From positions 1-64,000 of the forward strand of contig JAHEAD010000005.1 of NCBI GenBank assembly GCA_019721075.1: a stretch of DNA of 64,000 nt. The letters are read 5' to 3'. This DNA comes from Candidatus Sysuiplasma jiujiangense. GTDB taxonomy: Archaea; Thermoplasmatota; Thermoplasmata; Sysuiplasmatales; Sysuiplasmataceae. Positions 38,932-49,745 of the stretch are shown here, in pieces. Both the position numbers and the translations under genes were made by a program. How positions within the stretch are numbered: the stretch's first letter is position 1; each line of letters starts with the position of its first letter. Under the pieces are notes generated by a model. It was not told the origin of the DNA. It made no database searches and saw nothing but the letters and a program-made list of their open reading frames with translations.

Positions 38932-41900
38932 TTAGCGGGAGGAGGCTGACTTCAGCTCTTCTATCTCCGGAGCCTGAAGAATCCCTTCCTTCCCCTCCAT
39001 AAGCGAACTGATTTCCTTCAGCGCCAGTTCAAGCTGCGTATCAACTCCCGCCCTGTAATCCTGGGGTGAAATCTCGACTTCAATCGTTGGGTCTGTCCCA
39101 TAATTTTCAACGCTCCATCCCACATCTTTAAACCAGAAGGCATACTGAGGCTGGGTGACAGTGGTGCCGTCGACAAGTCTCAGTCTCGGATTTATGCCTA
39201 TTACACCACCCCAGGTTCTTGTTCCAATAAGGGGGCCGAGGTTGAACAGCTTGAAGCCATGGCTGAATATGTCGCCATCGGAGCCAGCATTCTCATTTGT
39301 AATTGCGACCATCGGGCCCTTAACTGAATCGGGAGGATATGGGACTGGCACCCCTCTCCTCGGTCTGTCATATCCTATCCTTTTCCTCGCGAGCTTTTCA
39401 AGCAGCAGTGCCGAAACATGCCCGCCCGAATTGTACCGCAGATCGACTATCAGCGCCTCCCTCTCGACCTCGAGCCTGTATATCCTGTGGAATTCAGCAA
39501 AACCGTTAGGTCCCATGTCTGGTATGTGCAGGTAGCCCACTTTTCCGTCTGTCCTGTCATGCACATAGTTCCTGTTCCTTTCCACCCATGTCCTGTATAT
39601 GAGTCTCTTTTCGTTCCTGAGCGCTCTGACTGTGAACTCCTTTTTCTTTCCGTTACGCATTAGTATGATGTTGACTACATCATCCGCCCTGTTTTCAAGA
39701 ACGCTCTGCGGGGCCCTGCCGGGTGTGAGTTCTATTCCGTCTATGGAAACCAGAACGTCTCCTTTACTCGCATCCACTCCGGGAGAAAGAAGCGGGGACT
39801 TTTCTCCATCGTTGGCCGGGTCACCAACATAAATGTCACTGATAACATATCTGCCGTTCTTCAGCTCAAATTCAGCTCCAAGACTTCCTATGCCGTACGG
39901 CGTGTCGGTCCTGTAATCGCCGCCCATCTCGTAGGCATGCGACGTTCCCATCTCCCCCTGCATCTCCCTGATTAAATCAGAAAGCTCGAATCTTGTACTG
40001 ATGCGCGGTATCAGAGCGCTGTAACGGCTGTATACAGCATCCCAGTTCACACCGCGCATGTCCCCCCTCCAGTAATTGTCTCGCATGAGCCGCCATGTTT
40101 CTCTGAACATCTGTTCCCATTCCTTCACAGGATCGAGCCTTATCTTGATCCTCCCGAGATCTATGAATCCAGACTTCCTTCCGGGTCTCCTGTCATCCGC
40201 GCCCTCGACCTTCTTTTCCGCGTCCCGTATACTTATCTCCTCTCCGTATTGAAGCAGAAGGTGCGAGCAGTCAGCCGAAACCTCAAAATCGGATAGGTCC
40301 TGTGCAAATGTCTCCATTTCCCCGTTAGACAGATCGAAGGACTCAATTTTCCCCTTCCTCCTCTCACGGGAGTACAGCCAGTATTTCTTTGAGCCTTCCA
40401 CCGGGAAGGAGAGTAAAAAGACCTTTCCCTTCAGCGCTCTTACTTTTCCATAGTCCGCCGATTCCACAGGAAATGCTTCCACCCTTGTCTCAATTGATGT
40501 AATGTCAATTCCGAAATTCTTCCTTTTTTTATCTTCCTCCTTCTTCACCGGTGGAGAGATAAAAGGTGATGGCACGTCCTTCCTGAGCGAAACCGCGAAT
40601 GGTCTGGATGTCTTCTGAAAACCGAGATCAAACATAATCCTGTCATAAGTCGGATCGAGTTCCCTGTCTGATATGAAGAAAAGATATCGGCCTTCAGGAT
40701 CGAAGGTCGGTGAAAAGTCGTTTGCGGAAGGTTGCGTGACATCAGTCTTCTTTCCCCCGTCTCTTCCTGCAATCCTTATGTTGCTGGCATTGTGTCCCTG
40801 CGGAATACTGTACGCTATAAAACTGCCGTCCGGTGACCACGCGAAATCATCTATCGGACCCCAGGCGCTCGAGTCAATCGGTTTTTTCCTTCCTGCACTG
40901 TCTGAAATTATGAGTTCATACCTGCTGGTGGAATAAGCAAACAGATCCCCGGCGGGTGAAGTCTTAAGTGCCATAACTGAGCCATCCACGTTTATCACTT
41001 TTTTCCGGATGCCGGATCTGTCAAAAATTTCGATTCTCTCCTCACCGTCCTCGTCGCTCACGGCTACAATAAATCCCGATTTCAGGTACCTGCCAAGTCT
41101 GTATCGGACGCCGTCTCTCCTGCCAAGCTGGAGCACCGGACCATCCCAGTTCTGCATTGCTAAAAGCTTCCCTCTTGCAACAATCACAAGATTTTTCGCA
41201 CTGCTGTCCATGCTGCACTCTTCAATGAACTCCTTCGTTTCTATGAATCTCTCTTTTGTCTGTATCCTTGTGGCCGGGATCTCCATCTTGATTTTCTCAC
41301 TTTTACCGGACGATGGATCAAAGACAAAAAGTTCACCTCCACACTGATACACAATTCTCCTCCCGTCGCTCCCCGCATTTCTGGCAAAGAACTCATTGTG
41401 CGAGGTGTGCCTTGTCAGATCCACGCCATTTGCATCAACGGAGTAGATATTTCCTGTTCCCTCGTGGTCTGAGATGAAATACAGCCTCTTTCCTATCCAC
41501 ATAGGTGAAGTCAGATTGCTGTCCAGTTCCAGGAACTTCCTGAATTTTCCGTTTCCCCTGTCATCCTTCCAGAATTTTCCCCTAGCTCCCCCCTTATATC
41601 TCTTCCACTGCGGAAGGTCTGTGGAGTTCCTCGCGAGCACAGTTCCGGCACTTCCAAACGCCAATGCTGTCGCAGGTCCAATGTTCATCTTCCTGTAACT
41701 GCCTTCTTCCAGATCGAATTCAAACAGTTCCGGATAACGCATGAAGGGTTTGCCGAAATCGCTCGACACAATGAGTCTGCCATCCTTTGACCAGCCTGCA
41801 ATTGTTGTCAGCACTGAGCCAAAGTACGTGACCCTTTTTACCTCGCCTCCGCCTGAAGGCATTGCATATATCTCTGCAGAAGACTGGGATGAATATCTGA

Positions 41901-42078
41901 CAGCCCTGAAGGCGATATTCTCACCATCCGGAGAAAATTTTGGATACGTGATTATTCCAAAACCACTGGCTATATTCCTCAACGCCCCTGTTCGCATGTC
42001 GTAAAGCCAGAGATCGTCGTCACTTACAAAAAGCACATTTTCCCCACTTATGTCAGGATAGAGGCAGTAACTCTTCAT
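38932..42078 (-). CDS. tri: Tricorn protease (S41)
   Basis: YPDI.G...F..DDLW, WKRYKGG.RG, SHAYE (His), GY.HIPDM, D.RYN.GG, GSDGD (Ser), GTRTWGG and VENYG.DP. Confidence 0.96.
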   Translation of the reverse strand: MKSYCLYPDISGENVLFVSDDDLWLYDMRTGALRNIASGFGIITYPKFSPDGENIAFRAVRYSSQSSAEIYAMPSGGGEVKRVTYFGSVLTTIAGWSKDGRLIVSSDFGKPFMRYPELFEFDLEEGSYRKMNIGPATALAFGSAGTVLARNSTDLPQWKRYKGGARGKFWKDDRGNGKFRKFLELDSNLTSPMWIGKRLYFISDHEGTGNIYSVDANGVDLTRHTSHNEFFARNAGSDGRRIVYQCGGELFVFDPSSGKSEKIKMEIPATRIQTKERFIETKEFIEECSMDSSAKNLVIVARGKLLAMQNWDGPVLQLGRRDGVRYRLGRYLKSGFIVAVSDEDGEERIEIFDRSGIRKKVINVDGSVMALKTSPAGDLFAYSTSRYELIISDSAGRKKPIDSSAWGPIDDFAWSPDGSFIAYSIPQGHNASNIRIAGRDGGKKTDVTQPSANDFSPTFDPEGRYLFFISDRELDPTYDRIMFDLGFQKTSRPFAVSLRKDVPSPFISPPVKKEEDKKRKNFGIDITSIETRVEAFPVESADYGKVRALKGKVFLLSFPVEGSKKYWLYSRERRKGKIESFDLSNGEMETFAQDLSDFEVSADCSHLLLQYGEEISIRDAEKKVEGADDRRPGRKSGFIDLGRIKIRLDPVKEWEQMFRETWRLMRDNYWRGDMRGVNWDAVYSRYSALIPRISTRFELSDLIREMQGEMGTSHAYEMGGDYRTDTPYGIGSLGAEFELKNGRYVISDIYVGDPANDGEKSPLLSPGVDASKGDVLVSIDGIELTPGRAPQSVLENRADDVVNIILMRNGKKKEFTVRALRNEKRLIYRTWVERNRNYVHDRTDGKVGYLHIPDMGPNGFAEFHRIYRLEVEREALIVDLRYNSGGHVSALLLEKLARKRIGYDRPRRGVPVPYPPDSVKGPMVAITNENAGSDGDIFSHGFKLFNLGPLIGTRTWGGVIGINPRLRLVDGTTVTQPQYAFWFKDVGWSVENYGTDPTIEVEISPQDYRAGVDTQLELALKEISSLMEGKEGILQAPEIEELKSASSR

Positions 42079-42390
42079 GGATGCGGGTATGATTCACTTT
42101 GTTTTTAAACATTGTATAAATCGCATGTAAATTATGCATCCTGACAAATTGTTTTGTTAAATGTAATTCGCGCACGGTTTATGATAACAAACTGTTTTTT
42201 ATGTCATATCTGCCGTTCAGACAGTGAGCGGCAAATATTGAGCCAAAGACATGGACAGGTTATTTGAACTGATGATAAGTACTGTCATATTGAGGCGGCA
42301 TCAATGTTCAAACTTCCAAGATTAAAACCATCCGCAATTGCCTGTTTCGTTTACCTGATTTTTAATCAGAAGACAGGGAGGCAGTGATCT

Positions 42391-43425
42391 TTGCAGTTCG
42401 AAACGAGTCACAGGATCATTAATTGCGATGCGGCTGAAGGAATAGCCCAACTACCAGACAGTTCAATTGCCCTCACTGTTACCTCGCCTCCTTATCCAAT
42501 GATAGAGATGTGGGATGCGCTCTTTTCTGAGTCCGACTCAGGCATATCAGGTTCAATGGCGTCCGGAAATGCCGAAACGGCGTTCGAATCAATGCATCAT
42601 CAACTCGATAAAATCTGGACCCTGATATGCGCAAAGACAATCGATGGCGGGATTTTATGCATTAATGTCGGCGATGCAACAAGGAGTACAGGGGGACGTT
42701 TTCGCTTATTTTCCAATCATTCACGGGTTATCAGAGGCTGTCTGGCGGCAGGATTTGACCAGTTGCCCGAAATAATATGGAAGAAACAGTCGAACAAACC
42801 TAACAAGTTCATGGGCTCAGGAATGCTCCCTACGGCAGCTTATGTCACTCAGGAACACGAATTCATACTTATATTCAGAAAGGGGCGCAAAAGAAAATTC
42901 GAACTCCCGGATGAAAAGATTCGCAGGAGACTGAGTGCATATTTCTGGGAAGAACGAAACTGCTGGTTTTCTGACATCTGGGATGACATTAAAGGCGAAA
43001 AGCAGGACAATGGGAAATCAACCCGGAAAAGGACGGCTGCGTTCCCCGTGCAGCTGCCCTACAGGCTGATATCAATGTTTTCCGTCATCGGTGACACCGT
43101 CATGGATCCATTCTGTGGCACTGGGAAGACATCAGTCGCGGCAATAGCTGCATGCAGAAACAGCATAGGCATCGACATCAATGAAGAGTATGCAGCGCTC
43201 TCAAGGTTGGATATTTCTAACTGTCTGGATGAATGCAATAACATCATTGGACGTCGCCTTGCCGGTCACACACAGTTTGTTAGCAATTCTGGTGTTGAGA
43301 ATCACCGCTACATTAATGAAAATTACAAATTCAGGGTCAAAACCGCACAGGAATCAGAAATTCTTTTCCCTGTTCCTGTGTCAATACTGTCAGCGAACGG
43401 ACAATTCACTGTAGTCTATTCCTGA
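42391..43425 (+). CDS. Beta-class N4-cytosine DNA methyltransferase, M.MthZI / haloarchaeal CTAG-type; orphan
   Basis: TSPPYPMIEMWD, INVGDATR, KFMGSGMLP..AYVT.EHE, AYFWEERN.WFSD and DPF.GTG match the CTAG m4C family as I recall it. No adjacent REase. Confidence 0.85.
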   Translation: MQFETSHRIINCDAAEGIAQLPDSSIALTVTSPPYPMIEMWDALFSESDSGISGSMASGNAETAFESMHHQLDKIWTLICAKTIDGGILCINVGDATRSTGGRFRLFSNHSRVIRGCLAAGFDQLPEIIWKKQSNKPNKFMGSGMLPTAAYVTQEHEFILIFRKGRKRKFELPDEKIRRRLSAYFWEERNCWFSDIWDDIKGEKQDNGKSTRKRTAAFPVQLPYRLISMFSVIGDTVMDPFCGTGKTSVAAIAACRNSIGIDINEEYAALSRLDISNCLDECNNIIGRRLAGHTQFVSNSGVENHRYINENYKFRVKTAQESEILFPVPVSILSANGQFTVVYS

Positions 43426-43517
43426 AAGTCGTCTCTCATTTACGTCGCCAAGTTTTTGAACAGGACCATTGTTTTCCCATTACACTTGTATAGGAATTCA
43501 TTACCTGGAGCTTATGC

Positions 43518-44420
43518 ATGACTAAATACCTGAATGCGGCATATGGGAACAGGCACGTATTGGCTTTTAGAACAGAAAACGGTATAGTTTACGCAGATTC
43601 GCTGAGAAAATTAACAGGTAAGAGCTACGGCAGCATCAACTGTGTAGACGATCTTTGCCGTGACCCTGAGAACGCGAAATTAATAGCCGCTGATATTGTG
43701 ACAAATTCCAATAGACTGGTTTCAGCCACGATTAACGGTGAGGAGGTGAAGCATCTTCCGTGTGTTCTTCATCCCGGCAAGATTGTCTGCATTGGCCTCA
43801 ATTACAGGAAACATGCTATGGAAACACACGCAAAAGTACCGGAATATCCCGTCATATTCAGCAAATTCTCCGATTCCGTTGCTGCTCACAGGCAGGACAT
43901 AGCAATCAAACCGGACGGCTGGAAAGTGGATTATGAAGCCGAACTTGGTATACTCATAGGCAGGAGGGCAATAAATGTAAGCCGCGGGAATGCGCTCAAA
44001 TTTGTTTTCGGGTATTTTCCTGCAAATGATGTTTCCGCGCGTGAGCTACAGCTGCGGACAAGTCAGTGGCTGCTGGGAAAGACGTGCACTGGTTTTGCAC
44101 CGATTGGACCCGAAGTTGTTACAACGGATGAAGTGGCAACACCCAACAACCTCCGCATCAGTTGCTCTGTAAACGGAGAAATGAGGCAGGATTCCAGTAC
44201 ATCCGACATGATATTCAAATGTGATGAAATAATCTCCTACTGTTCACAATATTTCATACTGGAGCCGGGGGATATCATACTTACGGGTACGCCTGAGGGA
44301 GTCGTTCTGGGGATGAAGGAGGGAACGCGGAAATGGATTGTACCGGGAGATACGGTAGAAGTTAAAATTGAAGGCATGTCAGCTCTTGAGAACAGATTCA
44401 TCAGCATTCAGGGAAATTAG
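43518..44420 (+). CDS. Fumarylacetoacetate hydrolase-family protein
   Basis: KIVCIGLNY, DYEAEL, NDVSAR..Q, W..GK and PGDIILTGTP.GV motifs. Confidence 0.93.
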   Translation: MTKYLNAAYGNRHVLAFRTENGIVYADSLRKLTGKSYGSINCVDDLCRDPENAKLIAADIVTNSNRLVSATINGEEVKHLPCVLHPGKIVCIGLNYRKHAMETHAKVPEYPVIFSKFSDSVAAHRQDIAIKPDGWKVDYEAELGILIGRRAINVSRGNALKFVFGYFPANDVSARELQLRTSQWLLGKTCTGFAPIGPEVVTTDEVATPNNLRISCSVNGEMRQDSSTSDMIFKCDEIISYCSQYFILEPGDIILTGTPEGVVLGMKEGTRKWIVPGDTVEVKIEGMSALENRFISIQGN

Positions 44421-44819
44421 TTTTTGGGATATATGGGAGTATTCCAGAATCAATGCTGTTTCATTTGTCATGCGATTGCCGCACAGGTTCGCGAAAAGAC
44501 ATGAATTGTCAATCGTTGGGTCGGGTCTGAATAGTATTCGGTCTGCATTAATTTCAGGCATAATTCGTTCCATGTCATACTGAAAATCCACAAACGTCGT
44601 CAGGTCCAGTCGATAAAAGCATTTGATGCTTCAGCACCATCTGTATGCGGCATTTGCCAGGTTCAACATTCACGACCTGCGGGTTGGAAACGAGCCTAAA
44701 TAATTGCAACGGCAAAACGTGCCGTTTTAGTTACTGTCTGTGCCCGCTACGGGCGCAACGTAAATAATTATAAGGAGCAGAAGGATAAACTGATCAGGAT
44801 GGAATGAAACAGGGCATCG

Positions 44820-47800
44820 TTGAGTACGGAGGATATGGGGCAAATGGTAACCGGTCGGGAGATAAGGATTCTTTACGTGGATGATGAGGAGACGCTCCAT
44901 GAACCGGTGAAGCTGCTTCTCGAAATCAATGGCGGTATCAAAGTAGAAACAGCGAAATCGGCTGCGTCTGTCCTGGCAGAAATTGAAGGAGGAGATTATG
45001 ACGCCATAATTTCTGATTACCAGATGCCTGAAATCGACGGTCTGGAATTCCTTGATCGACTTAGAAAGAAATCGATAACCATTCCGTTTATTCTCTTCAC
45101 GGGAAGAGGGAGAGAGGAGGTCGCCATTGAAGCTCTGAACAGAGGAGCCGATTATTATTTTCAGAAAGGAACGGATATTGCTTCGCAGATCAGGGAGATG
45201 CGCAATATTATCGAGACAAGTGTCGAAAAACGCCGGGCCGAAGAGGAAATCAGGGCAACCAGGGAGCTCCTTGAATCATTTGTTCAGAACACTGATGATG
45301 CAATAATATTGTTTGACACGGAGGGTCGTATAATGAGGGCAAACCCCTCTTTCCGCAGGATATACGGATGGGACGAATCAGAGGCATTGGGCAAAAGACT
45401 CCCAATGGTTCCCGATGATGATATGCCCAGAGTCGAGAATTACTTCAGATCCGTAGTGGAAACAGGGAAACCAATGACATACCGTGGAAAGAGGATCAGA
45501 AAGGACGGGACAGTCTTTCACGGTCTCATGACTGTTTCACCCGTCAGGGACGCTTCCGGAAAGGTTGTCGCCATTTCCGGAATAGGCAGGGACATTTCCG
45601 AATATGTCAGGCTTACGGAAGAAATTGAAAATCAGAATGAATGGCTGCAGACAACAATATCCAGCATAGGGGACGCACTTATGGCGACCGACGAGAAAGG
45701 CAAAATCCTGTTTCTCAACACAATGGCTGAAAAGCTGACAGGATACACAAAGGAGGAGGCAGTAGGCAGACCCGTAACGGATATTTTCAGGATAATCAAC
45801 GAGAAAACCGGATTGCCTGCCGAAGTACCCGTGGATCGTGTCATGTCTACGGGAACTATTGTCGGCCTTGCAAACCATACTGCCCTGATCTCCAAAAACG
45901 GCAGAATTCGTTCAATAAAGGACTCTGCTGCACCAATTATTGACAGTAGAGAATCGGTGATAGGCATAGTTATGGTTTTCAGCGACGTGACAGCAGAGAG
46001 GATAGCAGAAAGGGCCACGAACATGCGCTTTGCGGTCACATCGCTTCTTGCGTCCGAATCCTCTATTGAAAGCGCCGGGCCGTCCCTTCTCAGAGCGATG
46101 TGTGACGCTATCGAATGGCAGGCGGCTGAGATCTGGCTTCCCGACAGGACAAACACCTGCCTAGAACTCCTCTGCCAGTATTTTTCACGTGAAATTGACT
46201 CAGAGCCTTTCAGGAAGGAAACGGAGTCAACAGTATTCATCAGAGGTCGAGGTGTTCCAGGAATGATATGGGAAACCGGGAAGCCCTTGTGGTCAGACAA
46301 ACTGGAAGACCTTCCTGTCTACGTAAGAAAAGCAACGGCACATAAATCCGGTCTTGTCTCACTCTACGGCTTTCCAATCCGTTACGGTAATAACTGCACC
46401 GGCGTGATGATGTTTTACGGCTCGGTCAGCAAGGAAATAGAGGAGCATTTCCGCCACGTTATGGAAGATATAGGAAAACAGATTGGCCAGTTTATATCCA
46501 AACAGCATGCCGACGAGGATTTGCGGAGGATGACCGAGGTTGTATCCTCGCTGATGGAAAATGCCTCGGACTCTATAATAATTACCGACGCGCAGGGTAG
46601 GGTGATCAGCGTGAATCCTGCGTTCGAACGGATGTTTGGATGGAAGCTTGAGGAGATTGCAGGAAAGCAGCTGCCAACGATACCTGCGCCATTGCGTAAG
46701 ACTTTCGACGATTCTCTGGATAAAGTCAAAAAAGGGGAATTCGTGAAATATGAAACGAAGCGCCTCAAAAAGGGTGGAGGCGATATCGATGTAAGCGTGT
46801 CTGTTTTCCCGCTGCGCGGCAACGATGGAAAGATCACAGGCATTGCATCCATAACGAGAGATATAAGCGACATGTCAAGACTCAGAGACGAACTCATGCT
46901 TCACGACGCCGCTCTCAGGGCATCGCCTTATATTTTCCTTACAGTTGAAAACGGCGTTGCCGGCAGAAAGATCATATATTGCAATCCCGCTTTCTTTGCG
47001 TTCAGCAGACTTGATGAGGAGAACGTCATTCACCACGATATCTCCGAAGTTTTCAGCTGCTTTGCGGGCGAACAGACTGTCAGGGATATCGAGAAGATGA
47101 TCGTATCCGGAAGGCACCATGAGGCCGAATTCGAACTCAATGAAGGTGGCACGGGGAAAGCATGGATGGATATCGACATTTCACCTATATTCAATGAGCA
47201 GAAAAAGATAGAATTCTGGATACTGGGAATGAGGAATGTAAGCGATGAGGTAAGATTCAGGGAAGAATTGAAAAAGCTAAACGAAAAACTGAATCTAATG
47301 GGTGAAATAGTCAGGCATGACATTAAAAACGGCCTGCAATCAATCCTTACATATGCCGAGAGTGCCATCAGCTCAAAAAAGGAAGATGTTATTTCGAAGT
47401 GCCTTTCTGAAATAAAGAATTCCGTGAGCCGCATCAACAGGCAGCTTGAGACTTTCAGAGACTATCAGGAGAGTGTTGGAGCAGGCGCAGAGTGGCTTGA
47501 CATGCATTCCATTCTCAAGACATCCCTCTCCGGTTTCGATTTGAAGAAAATAGATGTTGAAATCAACCTGCCCGAATTTGAAATATGGGCGTCTCCGCTG
47601 GTGGAGAGAGTATTCCACAATCTCATCGATAATTCTCTCCGTCATGGAAAAAATGTGACTAAGATCAGCTTTGCAAGTTTTGTGCAAAACGGTTTCTGCA
47701 GGATAATCTATGAAGACGACGGAGTTGGGCTCAGTTTCCAGAAGAGAGAACAGATATTTTCACACAAAGACGGAATTCCGGTGAAACATGGGATGCAGCT

Positions 47801-47915
47801 TGCCAGGGAGCTTCTCGAGATCACAGGCATCACGATAAAGGAAACAGGCGAACCGGGGAAGGGTGCCAGATTCGAAATCAGTGTTCCCCCGACCTCTTTC
47901 AGGAAGAAGGTATGA
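44820..47915 (+). CDS. Hybrid sensor kinase: REC, multiple PAS, GAF, HisKA-like and HATPase domains
   Basis: ILYVDDE/ISDYQMP/FTGRG receiver, four PAS repeats, a GAF segment, RHDIKN H-box, NLIDNSLRHG and EDDGVG. Confidence 0.92.
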   Translation: MSTEDMGQMVTGREIRILYVDDEETLHEPVKLLLEINGGIKVETAKSAASVLAEIEGGDYDAIISDYQMPEIDGLEFLDRLRKKSITIPFILFTGRGREEVAIEALNRGADYYFQKGTDIASQIREMRNIIETSVEKRRAEEEIRATRELLESFVQNTDDAIILFDTEGRIMRANPSFRRIYGWDESEALGKRLPMVPDDDMPRVENYFRSVVETGKPMTYRGKRIRKDGTVFHGLMTVSPVRDASGKVVAISGIGRDISEYVRLTEEIENQNEWLQTTISSIGDALMATDEKGKILFLNTMAEKLTGYTKEEAVGRPVTDIFRIINEKTGLPAEVPVDRVMSTGTIVGLANHTALISKNGRIRSIKDSAAPIIDSRESVIGIVMVFSDVTAERIAERATNMRFAVTSLLASESSIESAGPSLLRAMCDAIEWQAAEIWLPDRTNTCLELLCQYFSREIDSEPFRKETESTVFIRGRGVPGMIWETGKPLWSDKLEDLPVYVRKATAHKSGLVSLYGFPIRYGNNCTGVMMFYGSVSKEIEEHFRHVMEDIGKQIGQFISKQHADEDLRRMTEVVSSLMENASDSIIITDAQGRVISVNPAFERMFGWKLEEIAGKQLPTIPAPLRKTFDDSLDKVKKGEFVKYETKRLKKGGGDIDVSVSVFPLRGNDGKITGIASITRDISDMSRLRDELMLHDAALRASPYIFLTVENGVAGRKIIYCNPAFFAFSRLDEENVIHHDISEVFSCFAGEQTVRDIEKMIVSGRHHEAEFELNEGGTGKAWMDIDISPIFNEQKKIEFWILGMRNVSDEVRFREELKKLNEKLNLMGEIVRHDIKNGLQSILTYAESAISSKKEDVISKCLSEIKNSVSRINRQLETFRDYQESVGAGAEWLDMHSILKTSLSGFDLKKIDVEINLPEFEIWASPLVERVFHNLIDNSLRHGKNVTKISFASFVQNGFCRIIYEDDGVGLSFQKREQIFSHKDGIPVKHGMQLARELLEITGITIKETGEPGKGARFEISVPPTSFRKKV

Positions 47916-48021
47916 AGGCTTCCTGCTGAACGAGTCTTACAGTCTGAGGCAGGGCACTCTGAATGCATACACTGCTCTGCACTGACGCATTTAAGTATTC
48001 AAGTGAACTTAATGCCTTCAT

Positions 48022-49101
48022 ATGGACGAAAACGAATTTCACATGTATCGTTCAATTGTTTCTCAGCCTGAAAAAATAACACATGCTGTGATCAACAACA
48101 TGGATTCTGTCATCCGCCTGGGCTCGATCATGCAATCCGGAAAAAGAGGCAAGCTCTTTCTTGTCGGCACAGGAACTTCACTACATGCTGCAGAACTGGC
48201 TTATTATTTCTTCACGGGGAACGGTAACGGCTCTTCGGCGGTTGACGCACTGCCGTTTTCTTCATATGAATTCGTTAATTATCCGCCCGCTCTGTCAAAG
48301 GAGGACACGGTGATGGTGATCAGTCATCGCGGCTACAAACGGTACAGCCACAGCGCGCTGGAGTTGAGCGCCCGGAAAGGATGCGTCACCGTCGCGATTA
48401 CGGGAATTGGCAGCACTGTCAGAAAAGGGGACGCCGATTTTGTATTTGAAACAGTGGAGCAGGAGAAGTCTTCGGCTCATACAGTCAGTTTCACTTCAGC
48501 TCTTGCAATACTCCTTTCAATTTCCATCGCATCACGAAAACCCGAAACTGATGCAACCGCCAGAATCATCGCGGTAACCGAAAAGATAACCTCCCTGATG
48601 GGCAGTATAATTTCCGGAAGGGATGCGATACGCAACCTGGTTTCAGGAATGACGGATCTCAGGAGGGTCTGGATATCAGGAAGCGGTCCCAACAGGATAA
48701 CAGCTAAGGAGGGTGCCCTCAAAATACAGGAGACATGTTATCTTGATGCATACGGATTTGAGATCGAACAGCTCATACACGGGCCAATGCGTGCAGCATC
48801 CATTCCGGACGATCTTTTTATTCCGATCATCTGGGGTGAAAGTGACATCAGAAGCCGCGAATTAGTGAAGTCCATAGCCGGGGCAGGAGGCAATCTGCTT
48901 ACGATTTCCAGCAGTTCAGCCGACAATTACAACTGCCTGCATTCGGACATACAACTGGAGGAGCACCTTTCGCCTTTCCTCACCGTGATTCCGCTGCAGT
49001 TCCTGGCACTATATCTTGCAGCAATCAAAGGTACAGATCCTGACGGCTTCAGGAGCAATGATACTTTCTTTTCCAAAATAGATGCAACGCTCAAGCTTTG
49101 A
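48022..49101 (+). CDS. Double-SIS-domain sugar-phosphate isomerase/deaminase (GlmD/FrlB-like)
   Basis: GTGTS.HAA, ISHRG, EGALKIQE, HGP and PLQ.LA motifs; no glutaminase domain. Confidence 0.85.
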   Translation: MDENEFHMYRSIVSQPEKITHAVINNMDSVIRLGSIMQSGKRGKLFLVGTGTSLHAAELAYYFFTGNGNGSSAVDALPFSSYEFVNYPPALSKEDTVMVISHRGYKRYSHSALELSARKGCVTVAITGIGSTVRKGDADFVFETVEQEKSSAHTVSFTSALAILLSISIASRKPETDATARIIAVTEKITSLMGSIISGRDAIRNLVSGMTDLRRVWISGSGPNRITAKEGALKIQETCYLDAYGFEIEQLIHGPMRAASIPDDLFIPIIWGESDIRSRELVKSIAGAGGNLLTISSSSADNYNCLHSDIQLEEHLSPFLTVIPLQFLALYLAAIKGTDPDGFRSNDTFFSKIDATLKL

Positions 49102-49745
49102 GTTCAATCAACTTCCAACCCCGCTGTAATGTCGTCCAAAAGACTTCCTCCGGCAAGTTTACCGAAGAAGCTTCTCAACTGCACTGAATAAATTATGAAT
49201 CTGCTCCCTGGTTAATGACTCCTGCCATGTCGTCGAAAGACAAGAGAGGTTTCAGCCCGTCATTTTTCTGTATGAACAATCCCCTTCCTGACAAGAACAG
49301 GCAGAGAGCTCCCTTTTTTCTCAAATCCGGGAAACTGTCCTTTGCTTTGATTTCGCTGAGGTAGACAGGTATGGTTACTGCATTGTTCTTCTGTGCATTT
49401 TCCACTTTGGAATAAGTGTGACATCCTTATATTAATCCGGTTCTTAATAATCCACTTATCGACTCTCTGCCAGAATCAAGCGAATTTTCAACAATGAAAC
49501 AGCTTCTTTTAATTTATTTGCTGAAAACATCCTTGAGCCTGTGTGAACGTTCTGTTATTTTCAAAGCGACCATGCTGCCCTGTACTTACTGCACGAATGA
49601 TTGAACAAGGGAATGAAATTATTCAACTGCTTCGACACGTCTAATTCGAAATAGGGCGACTCAGGGAAAGCGAAATGATTGTATCGGGCGCTTAAACGCT
49701 CCTTGCCCTGCACCCAACTCAGGTTCGCAGCTGACCATATGACGG

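Noticed and set aside
49205..49230. TTAATGACTCCTGCC resembles the 3' end of a fluoride riboswitch
   Set aside because: The 5' GGnGATGGAGT pseudoknot partner is absent and there is no plausible downstream gene.
49193..49405. 70-aa minus-strand ORF, and a TTATTAAGAAC 11-mer shared with the dps upstream region
   Set aside because: No recognisable protein features. The shared 11-mer may be just a TATA box or chance.
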